From Raillietiella orientalis (lineage: Eukaryota): 64,000 bases of DNA. Position numbers and translations under genes: made by a program. The stretch spans positions 1,984,001 to 2,048,000 of the forward strand of contig JAYWIR010000015.1 in the NCBI GenBank assembly GCA_036172245.1. The letters run 5' to 3'. This document shows positions 13,801-27,998 of the stretch, in pieces (position 1 is the stretch's first letter; each line of letters opens with the position of its first letter). The notes under the pieces are model-generated. The model was not told the DNA's origin. It saw only the letters and a list, made by a program, of their open reading frames with translations, and searched no databases.

Positions 13801-16129
13801 CCACAGGACTCCGGTTGGCTCGCGGGCGTCCGGCGGTGGAGAATCTCACCGGTTAAGAACCCGCGATTCCTTTCCCCTCGTTCTCATTCTCAGAGAGAAC
13901 GAGGCCGATGGGGGATGTGGCCACGCAGGTTCGGTGAGCTTCCGCGTACCGCTTCCGTGCCCCGAGGCGGGGACAGACTCGGTGTCGCATCGGCAAGTTG
14001 GTTCGGTGAAGGCGCAGATGGAAATTCCGGGAGGCGCAGCGGGAAAGCCGAAAGGAGGCGAAGAGGTCGCGGCTTCGAGGCCGCCTCTGCGCGCTCGGCG
14101 AACGGGACCGACGGCTCTGGGACTTTGGGAGAGCTCCGTGCAACCCTTAACAAGTGTCTTCTCCGCATGTAATGTGCGAACGCTGGATCTGCAGATTCGC
14201 GTGGACGGATGCGGCACCGGTGCCCACCGACAAGGCCATCCGGCACTGCTGCTCGGATGGATTTTTCCTGCTTTCGGAAGAGGGTCCCGCATCCTGATTT
14301 CCTAGCAACGATCTCCAGTCACGACAGATCGGCGGCTGTGTTCACCACGAAAACCGTTCGTGACGTCACGCTCTGCCACCAACTGCGGAGCGGACCGCCG
14401 CGAGGTGCAGGCCGCGGCTTCGAAGAGGGAGGCGCCACGGTCCCGGCCGCTGACGAGGGAGGAAGCTGAGCTGCCCCCCGTGCCACGAGGCGGTGGACCG
14501 CCCGAGGCAACACGTCTTCCTCCGGAGGCGCGGCCTCGGAGCTCGCCGTCCGCGGGAGCACGGGAAGGAGACCGCCGCAGCGCGTCGCGTACTTGGGAGA
14601 GAAGTGCCGCCCTCCCCCGCCTCCATCCCGGGAAGAGGGAAGGGAAAGGAGCGTGGAGTAGCCCGCGACACTGGCACGTGGGGTGTGACCGCCGCGTCAG
14701 CTGGCTGTCCGGCCGTGAAGAGAGCGCAGGGGTATCGAGGACCGTACCTCCGGTGACCTGGCGCGAGCCACGAAAGGAATGGAGTCCCTCTGGTATTGTC
14801 CTGCATGAACTGCAGTTCCTCCCTCGCCCGCAGGGCGATGACCCGAAGGCAGGCTACCCCATATGCTGGAAAGTGGCGCGTCCACAGGACATCGGCGCAT
14901 CGAATTCCCTGGCGATGAGGAGAGTGGGGGTCTCGGGAGTCTCGAGCTCCCGGTCCTCCAAACTTCAAGGAGATCGCTTGGGACCGCAGGAGGAGGGGAA
15001 GAAGCTTCTTGGCGCGTCCCTGAAAGGCGGAGGTGGCTCCAGACGCCGCTGTCGCACCGGTCGGCCTTGCCAAAGAGAGGTGGAAACGGAGAAGACGCAT
15101 GCGCTCAGCATGCACGCTTCCTCCCCAGGTTGCTAGGAAACGACCAACTCCAGGGGCCGGAAGCGTTCCCCTCGCCCGAGGTTCCAGGGAGGCAGCAGCA
15201 GAAACCGCCGCCAACCTTTGAAATCGGCCGGGGAGAATTCTGTGACCCCATGCGACCAAGGACGGCTCGCGTCGCGGCATTAGGCCAAGGCGCTCAGTCA
15301 GCGGCGAGGGCGGGGTGGGTAGGGTGTGTGGCATGAGGAACGCTCCATGCCAAGCTCCAAAGCACCGTTCAATTCCCGGGGAATCGGAGGAGCTCCTGGT
15401 CTCTCCTCCGCCTCGGGCGAAACCGCGGCCAGTCACTCCCCCTGGAGCGCCAATCCCGAAAACCGGAGGGTGCACGCCGCCGGGCACACAGAACACCCCA
15501 AGGACCTCAGGCGTTGTAGAAACCCAGAGTTGTACGGCACACGGGCAGAGCTCTCCCCCATGAAAACGGCGGTAAGGAGGGAGAGGAAAGCGGGCTCCTG
15601 GACTCGATGACGGCACACCTGAGTGACTACGCCGGGACGACATTGGAGAGGTCGATCGCCCGAAACCCCGCGAGCGATGCGCCCAGGGGAAGGAAAGTTG
15701 GAGCGCAGTCCGCGCTGGTTCTCCGTCCAAGCACGATCCGCCCGGGAACGGAGAGGGAAGACGCGGACGGAAGGGAAAAAGGTCTGGGGTATTTTGGGAG
15801 CCTCGGCGTGGAGGCCAGAAAGAAAGAGGGGATATGGTCTTCGGCTCGCTAGGGAGCTCCGGGGGGAGGGGGGGGGAGCGGAACAACAGGAACATGGAAA
15901 CCCCTCCCTCGGGGGAACGGCTTTCGCAGATCCCACGCGAGCCTGGAGAGCACACGAGACAGGAAAAGGGAGAGGGTGTGGGTGGAAGGCCAGGGAGAGA
16001 GTCGAGGGCCGGCCGATGCCTACAGAGCGCCAGGGATCGCGTCTCCCCGATGGTTGCCATTCGTTTGCCCCTTCCCTCAGCCCCTCCTGTCGCTTTTCCA
16101 TCCCACCTGTCCCTTCTGCCCGTGAGGCG

Positions 16130-16415
16130 TGCCAGATTCCACCTTCCTCGCAGCTGTTGTGCGGCAAGAGCCCACCGCTGCTACCCCAGAAGGAGCCGGG
16201 AATCCACCCTTACCAGGGAGGCAGGGAACCTCCAAAAGGCCTAATGTGCTCCCCCACCAACTTCTACCTACAGACTGCAAGGAACTTCTCTCTCCCTCAC
16301 CTCCCCTTTCTATCGGACGTGGCGTCCTCGTTTGCCGCACGCCAGGGCAACCCATCCCCCGTGCCTACAGATGTCCCAATCCAAAAAAGGCTGCCCCGCT
16401 GATCCTATAATAAAA
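16130..16415 (+). mobile_element. Possible CR1/L2-like LINE 3' end remnant
   Basis: HPYQ...NFYLQTARNFSLPH resembles the SFFPRTxxxWNxLP C-terminal motif. It ends at AATAAA (~16409), exactly where GC content drops. Confidence 0.3.
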
Positions 16416-16558
16416 ATTATATTCTCTGTCATAAATCTGATAGGAGTCAACAACAACGCGCTCTGCTATAAATATAACAAAATATCATCTGCCCATTGCT
16501 GGGTGCAAATCGACACTGGGCTCAACAGTGCGTGTCTGCGGACGGATACGATCACACG

Positions 16559-19922
<3,364 letters not shown>

Positions 19923-22831
19923 CTAAAGACAATCATAGAATAAGCTCTTTCATATGACAGCAGCATAAAATCTTTGAAAAAGGGAAGGTAATATAACAAC
20001 TGCAAATGAAATGGGTGTCACATAAAAAGGTAAACCATAAAAAATCTGATTAAAAAAATTAGTCGCAATCTTAAGAAGAATACAAAGAAAGGTCCCCTTT
20101 TTTTTTTTAAATAAAGCCCTGAAAGCAAATCTCAAGAAAAATAGATTAATTAAAAAATGTATTGGAATACAGAAAATCTTAAGTGGTATTTTGCTGGCAT
20201 AAAAATTATGTAAACATGTGACTAAAATTAAACGAACACAACAAAATTCATGCGGATTTGAAATATTCTTACATTCTGACACAAGCATAGCAGGTAAACA
20301 TGGTAAAATCTGCTAAGTCATCCCATCATCGAAACCACTTACTTATATACTGAAAAAATACTTCAACAGTATGGAAAAGACAATTGCACCCTGTAATTTG
20401 GCCACCTGTAGCATGTGAATCTTTACATATGTGAGTCTGTTTTAGCAACCTTTATAAAAATTTTGTCTGAATTTATGGCCATTATTACGTATAGTTCGGC
20501 ACTCAAGCCTGGAAACCTTTGTCACTTACGAAATCCGGTGCAATTTCTTGGCTTAAGTCTTCTATGTACTAAGGTCACAATCGATACAGTTAAAAAATAG
20601 ATGAGAATTATCAAAGAATTAATTTCTCATTGTTTTGATTAAATTGAACTTCTAGACCTTAAAAACATGCTTGAAAAAAAATCCAAAGAAATAGGTAGGA
20701 AGAATTGATGTCTCAGGCACTTCCTCAAACCAAATTTTTAATCCAGAAGCAAAGATGCATACAAGAATGAAAGAACTGGAGAAATGCAATAATGTGGTAA
20801 AAACCACAAAGAAAAATCGCTCTACTGCAAACCATGTCTCATTATTGAATTTCTTATTTCTCACATGCAACATGCATAGAGTTCTCGATAAACAAATTAG
20901 CTCAAAATTGAACAAAACAATCTGTTTATGAAGAAATCATGTATTTGTAAATGTTCTCACAAGCCTCATCACATATTAACTCAAATAATAATAGGTAAGG
21001 TTAATAGGAAACTCTCATTTATGTAAAAGTCCGATCTTTGTCATCTATAATTTACGTCTATTATACTATACAATGATTCGATGTTTTTCATGCCATCGAA
21101 ATTCAAGTCCTTATCATTTATCAAATAGAATTAGAAGCCCAAGTAACCAGTACTTGAAGTGTGGATAAATTTAATCTAGAAAGCAAGTTAGGCATCTTTT
21201 CCATGAAAGGGCATTTAATAATTAAAAAACTTACAAACAAACAAGAAAATGAAAAAAAAGGCAAGCATACTTTTGTTTTCTTGTGAGTACTAAAATAACT
21301 GTCAAAACTATTATTTAATGCTTATTTCGGTCCGAAAAACAGATGTATTTCTGCAAAAGTCCAAAAACACAAGACTATGACACACTGATGTACAACTATA
21401 ATGAATAACCAGTTAATCATAACTGGTACTTTTGACAATTCGGATAAACGTTTCCTACAAGTCCTACAAAGAATAAATAAAAGCAAAAAAACAAACTGAA
21501 CATAAGGTGAACAAAAACATAAGGCATATTTCAAAACCTTTCATTTTGCAATGGAAACTTGCTACTGGTATTCAGAAGTCATATTGACTGTCTATTCGAG
21601 ATTATGAATGGATGAAACCACAGATATTTTGATCTAAATCTTATTTATATGGATAAAACATAGCTAGCAATAGATCTGTTTGAATTACATTATTCAGACT
21701 ACAAATGAAATTGAAAAAATAATCGCAGCGAAAGCTAAGTGTGAATAACAAAGCAACAGAATATGCATTTAAAATGTTGCAGACTATGAAAAATTACTGA
21801 GAAACACAGAAATGCATCAAATAACATTCATGGCCAAATAATTTAGCATCTCAATAAACAAAAAGATCACCTTTTTAATGCTTAATGCAAATAATGTATT
21901 TAATTGTTTATATGCATAAATAAATGTGTATTATGCATTTATTTCCAATCATTTCATACTAAGCTCTTTACGGGTATATCCAGATAACAATAGTAGTTTT
22001 ATGAACTATACTGGCCCTGTAATTATCAAGTCTGCTACTGAAGAAACAGATAAAAACAAACACAACATTAAAAACCACTGAAAGCCAAAATTATAACGTG
22101 ACCAATATTCACAATTCATAATTATTCAGTGCACAATTTTCATGAAGTATCATTGATATATCACACATATCACATTCAAGGTAGACTCATTTGACCACCT
22201 TACAAACAACAGTTAAAATTAAATGAATGGTAATATCACATAAGTTCATAGCAGTAAAACAAACTCAAACTAAAAATATTGAGATAATGAATTTTACGCA
22301 AATAATTTAAAGTTTTAACTTATTGATGGATCATAAAGTGCACACAAGACATGAACTCTTGTGACTCTTCACTCAGGTTGCGCAAGTACAAATAGTTCAA
22401 ATTCATATTTCAAGTGAAGTACTAGATGAGTATTTGATTAATACTATAAACATACCAAAAACCACTTGCAGAGCTTCATCTTCTTCCAATGAATTAATCA
22501 TGATTTGAAATTCACAATTCAAAGCACAGGGTTACGCACATAAACGTATATAATGCAGCCTAATGTTAAATTGTTACAGAGTCTCCATTTAGGTGGAAGT
22601 TTTAAAGAACTTCACTGAAATTTTTACAAAATTAGATCAATTCATGAGGCTTGGATCATGTTCATATTATTGTGCAATCTTCAAAAATACTGAAGTTTTA
22701 AAATAACCTCCTTAATTTTAACAAATGACGATCACGCAGATGCAAAAAAACGTAATAGTAATTCAAGAGCAAAACATGAACATAATAAAATGGTACTCAC
22801 GTTATTGAAGAAACAAAATATTATAACTCAC

Positions 22832-22862
22832 ATTTTAGAGTTTTACTGGTCTTTGCACCCAT
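22832..22862 (-). CDS. MYRF: Candidate first coding exon of MYRF (MGAKTSKTLK)
   Basis: ATG in GGA-ATG-G context, 10 codons plus 1 nt, then a GTGAGT donor. The phase (1) matches the acceptor at 19922. An alternative phase-1 candidate exists at 20288-20273 (MLVSE|GTAAGA). Confidence 0.45.
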
Positions 22863-25800
22863 TCCTATCGGAGATCACGTAAAAATTGGCACTCGAAAAT
22901 CGCAATCAAGTCCCAATTATCTATTACACATATATTGCATTTTCATCATATGCCGGTACAGATCAACTGAAATAATCCTTATCCATGTACCCGTTTTTCC
23001 AAAAAACCAGTTGCTTTCTGAACATATAAAACTACGTTGAATCAACCGAAAGCCACTTTCAGAGGATTTTTTTATGTTACACAAAATAACGAATCGTCAT
23101 ATACCGTTAGCTAACTGCACTCCTCAGATACAAAGGATCTTCTTCGATTTAAAACTTTTACAAAATTTCTGTACTCACGGAGGCAAGCAAACTTCTTGTT
23201 TTCTTGTCAAGCGGCTAACGAGACTGACATGATGTATGCTTTACATGTACATCACACACCCTGATTCGCTTACGAGAAAGTCACACCATAAACAAACAAT
23301 TAGGATTTGCAAAACATTGTGACCAAATTGCATTTAAAATTAAGAACCGTTATCTGTATAGCTATCTTTTAAGATTTTGAATCAAAAGTCCATCATTTAA
23401 TATTACTTTTCCGAAAGACTGATTTCATTTTGTAGCAAAATGATTATGCAAACGTTAATTGTCACGTTTAAAAAAAAAAAAAAAACCGAAACATTTAAAC
23501 ATTCAAATCATAATCAACTCATCCTTACAAGTCATCAACTGAACGATAACTGCCTAACCCAAATAACTCCATAAGTTTATAATTCATGAGGAGTCGATTA
23601 TACCTTTCAACCTTGTTACATTACTCATAACCTCGTTTAACTAATTGAATTCCTTTCTTAGCTGAAAATTTTCGAAACTCCCTTCGGTATCCTACCAACT
23701 CAAAACATTATGTGAAGCAAACTGTGTCCTTAAAAATGAGGGCATATTTCTGCAAAAGAATTTACTAATGCATCTCGAAAACTTTTAACTCAAATGTTAA
23801 ATAATAGAAATGTATTTACAATGGATGAAGAGGCAGAATGAAATATAATCAACATGCTTTCGAGATACATGGTAGCTTTTTCTGTTATTTGATGAATCGA
23901 ATCTTTGTTTTCCAGATAATCTTGGAAAATAAATTTCATCTAATAATATTCCATTTATCTCTCTTAGGTCTCTTTTAGATAACCATTTTTAAAGAAATGG
24001 TCACATTCCAATGCAAATTGAAAACCCAGTATACTTCAATACTTTCTACCCTTCGATTGGAAAATATCCAAATTTTTATTGCAGTGCTGGAATGAGTCAA
24101 ACGGAAACAGTTGGAAAACATTCTTAACTTTTTTCTTTAAGGCAATGGAAAGAAAGATAATTTTTAATGGATAATTTTTAACTCCCATTTAGAGAACCCC
24201 AATAAGACCAGTACATCATTTTGGCATCTTAAATATCTTCAGATGCGAAGAATGTTGATGTTTCTAGGAAGTCCTCAACAAGGCCCACTGATATTCAATA
24301 GACATCAAACTGTTTTGGTCAATTTAAAGTTGTAGACCACAGATCTATCTCTAGGAACAAGGTTATTTTCCTGTCTGATGCAAGTACAATTTTGATATTT
24401 GAGGAGCAATTAAAAATATTTTTTTCAGCAAACAGTTCTATTATAAATGGGAATTAAAATTGTGAAAATCTTTTCAAGTTCTTATAAAATGGTCGAAGTG
24501 AATTACTGTAAATGAAACTTTTTGCTATGCTAAAATTCTAAAGGAATTTGTACTTGGATTTTGAGACACAAGTTTAATGAACTTTGATCAAGTTACATGG
24601 ATGTTAAAAGCTTTGAAATTTACTCACTAAATTAAAGTAGCGTGATCAAATTGGGAAGCTGAAATGTTGATTTTGCAGCTTATTTGAAAAAGTTTAAATG
24701 CTTTGTGAATCAATTTCATAGTATCAGCTGAAATCTGTATTTGACGTCGGTGTGGATTTCACTACCAGTTCTTGTGCTTTTTACCCAATCAACATTTACT
24801 TGAGAGATCTCTCTTATTTTCAAAGGAAGAATTTTCTTTTCACTTCTTGGATTGTGCCAAGATTTTTAGACTATGCAATTAGCCTAAAATTCGAATGAAA
24901 TATAATTTTGGAGCACATACGTGCGAAGGAATTCATCAGATTGTTATATCTTTTCTTTGTGCCTAGCTTTTGGTCTTTTGAAAGGATATAAGATTTAGGT
25001 CAACTTATTCAAGCTTTATACAGGTATTGACTATGGCCGATAAAAGTAATTTGTGCAAGAAATGAAAATAAATTATACAAAAATTTCGAAGGAACTTTTT
25101 CAGAGAATTGTGAAGTTTGGAAACAAGTATGGTATGCGTCACTAACAAATCTCTCTTAACAAAATGTTTTTAGCTGGTTCAAAATCGTGAATAGCATAAA
25201 AGTGAAATTTAAAATTTAGGGCAGTTCCAAATACAAAATATAATTAGCATTTTTCCGAGTAAGAGAAATTTTGATCTCTTGACATTTTCTCATAGAATTC
25301 GAAGGTGTTTTCAGGCACTTTACAAATTCAACTGCGTTATCTGATATTAAATAAAATGCTTCTATATGAATGAGGATCCAGATTAGATATCAGTGTAGAA
25401 ACGAATCAGTTGTATTTTTAATTGTGCTATTTTCATCTCTAATTTCTCCGTAGACTTGGTACGTCTTGTTCTGGGTATTTAGACATTTGCTTGAATTAAG
25501 CTGAAAATGCCTCTTCATTCGGAATGCCTTTTCTCTTTGGTGATTATACTTTCATTGTCCACTTGTCGGACAGGGTTGAATTCCTTGAACCGACCGACAG
25601 CTGAAGTTAGCAGCATGATAAAATGAAAAAAAATTTGTTCTGGGGTTTGTTAGTCGGCAAATATCCACTTGTTACGCGTGTTGAGCATATGGGTGCCGGC
25701 TGAGAACTGTGATCAAGGGAACAGTTTGGTGCTGTAATAAGAACTTTCCAATTTAATAATGTTTGTGGTTATGTGTTTTAGCTGAATACTTGTTTACTTG

Positions 25801-26399
25801 ATACTTTGCTTTGTTTCACAACATAGTCCTATGATCTCCAGCGGGAAGTTCAGGCAAACGATTTAGACGGTTTGTATCCGTAGTAATTTCATCTCGTTGC
25901 AGAATGGATGATGCGAGCATAATTTATGTTGTGGTGATCTGGTTCGCCTGTGGTCAGATGTTACAAATCGTGAGCTTTTCGAATTCTATGGAATAATACG
26001 TGACGAAATCATTACGCGGTACTGTTTGCATAATAAATTGATAAAGTGGGATCTTTCATGGAATTCTAAAAATTAATTTTCATCAAGTATTATTATTGTT
26101 TATGTTTTTCTTGTAAATAACGTTTTTCTAAGTCATCATGCTCATCATAACCTTGTATCTTGAAGTCAGTGGATATATGTGTGTGTTGAAAGTCTTTGCA
26201 TACATCGTGAAATATGGCGGAGATATGTTATTGTATTCCTCATGTTTAGGATGATCAAGAGTAGGCTGTAGTTTAGCACATAGTTATCTAATCCCAGGAA
26301 CTTATCATTATCATGAAGTTTCAATCTTTTGATCAAAACTAGAAGCAGTATGGTTAAGCTGTTGAATTTGTTTTGCTGTTAACCATTTGTTTTTGAACC

Positions 26400-27119
26400 A
26401 TGAATTCTCAATGGTGGACAGAACCTCAGTATGCATGGTTCTGGAAGAATTATGTTCACATGCAATTTTGGTCAAAACAACATGAGTTAGCATACTGGAA
26501 AGCACATAGCAGAGCTTCATGTTATGAAAACAATATTTTACACAGTATGCTGCAAGCTGTGTGCAGAAATGCAAGTATTCTTGTTTTCTATGAAAGCATC
26601 ATTTTGTTGGTTTAAAAAAATTTTATGCTGTGATTTTTGAAATGTAGAATGATTTATGGAATTCAAATCATAGTTATGTGGAGGATGAGTTAACTGATTC
26701 AGATGAGGAAGAAAGTGACCTGGAGATGATGATATCAGATGAGATGTTGGCTTTTATGGAACAGTCTGAAAGACATCGGCAGGAACTCAGTATGATATTT
26801 TTTTTGTCATACATATAATTGGATCCTATCTTAACAGGAAAGCAACGTGAACTTTCTAATGCTATCAAAAAGGGTATGTATTTGAAAGAAAACTGTTTCC
26901 TCAAGGGAAAGTGTAGGCATAGATGATGATGAGGCTGATCCAGATGAGCAAGCAGGAGCAGAGCGACTAAGGGAGATGAAAGAATTATATGGAGATGCAG
27001 CCCCAATGATCCAAGGCATGGAAACAGCTGTTCAGTTAAGCTTTGATCGATACTGTGATCAGTGTAAACCTGTATTGTGGCCAAACATTCCTTTAAATTT
27101 GTCATATGATGGGGATTGA
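26400..27119 (+). CDS. GEMIN8: Gem-associated protein 8 (SMN complex subunit), 183 aa
   Basis: Exons 26400-26570, 26648-26789, 26838-26873, 26917-27119. N-terminal WWTEPQYAWFWKNY..W..QHELAYWK, an acidic linker, FMEQSERHRQE, and C-terminal RLREMKELYGDAAPMIQGMETAVQLSFDRYCDQCKPVLWPNIPL, which matches the conserved Gemin8 C-terminus. AATAAA overlaps the stop (27119-27124). Confidence 0.93.
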
Positions 27120-27673
27120 ATAAAAAAACATGTGATCCCATCAAAAATGCTAGTGATCTTAATAAATTCAGCATGTATTTTGAATTAAACATTGAAATAT
27201 TATAGAGTATACTGATGTTCTATTTTGTAAGCCCTGAGCCATTGACAAATCACTCATAAAATGAAATAAATTTATTTTAACCAAAGTTAGATTGAATTAA
27301 AATTTAAATCTGAGTTTAGTGTCTTTATGCTAGAAGCAAGCAAGACTACAAGTACAGTTTGCTTTCCACCCTTTTTAATGAGTGTAAGTTAGGTGTTGAT
27401 GTCTCATAAACAGCAATACCTAACATCTAAATATCACCTAACAGCTCTTTCTGTGTCATAAAAGGGTAAACTTGTGAATACTTTTGTTGATGAATAAAAC
27501 AGTTTGAGCAGTAGTCTGCATGCATCTTCTAGAGGAGGATCATTGATCATGATGTTTTTGCAAAAACCATAGTGCACAGTGCAAATGGTTTTTTTTGTTT
27601 TTTTACCAAATGAATTTTCTCTCAGTGTGTGCACATATTTATGCACATGCTAGTTTTAGATAGTAAATATGCA

Positions 27674-27679
27674 TTTATT
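27674..27679 (-). terminator. Candidate polyadenylation signal (AATAAA) for NELL
   Basis: Minus-strand AATAAA ~320 nt downstream of the tentative stop at 27999. Confidence 0.45.
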
Positions 27680-27998
27680 TAAAAAAATTAAATAAGCGCT
27701 TTCATTTCTTCATCAATGCCACTTGTATGTCACCAAAAGTTTCTATTATCCGAGCATCCTGAACATCGTTTGGTAAATATCAGATTGATTAAACGACAGA
27801 ATTCCCAGAAAAATAATTGACTAGTAGCACCTGAGACGAGATTCGTGGCACATGGTATTTAGGGAAACATTTGAGGAATTCGCGAGTATTTTCACTTAAC
27901 TCTAATTGTGTGACTAGAGGCCACATATCCCGTTACTCGGCTATCAGTCGACGCGAGATACGTCCTATTCGGTTCATTCTTTTCAGTCCAAGGCAGGT

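Noticed and set aside
13735..13810. Possible tRNA gene (GGTTCGAATCC on the minus strand)
   Set aside because: I could not fold an acceptor stem, D-arm or anticodon arm. Kept only as a possible SINE remnant.
14366..16060. 564-aa minus-strand ORF and overlapping 200-260 aa ORFs
   Set aside because: Pro/Arg/Gly/Ser-rich with no recognisable domain, and open in several frames at once. This is expected from stop-codon scarcity in GC-rich DNA.
23179..23230. Phase-compatible MYRF upstream exon with an in-frame TGA (selenocysteine or readthrough idea)
   Set aside because: No SECIS seen and no homology support. More simply a 5' UTR exon with a uORF, or non-exonic.
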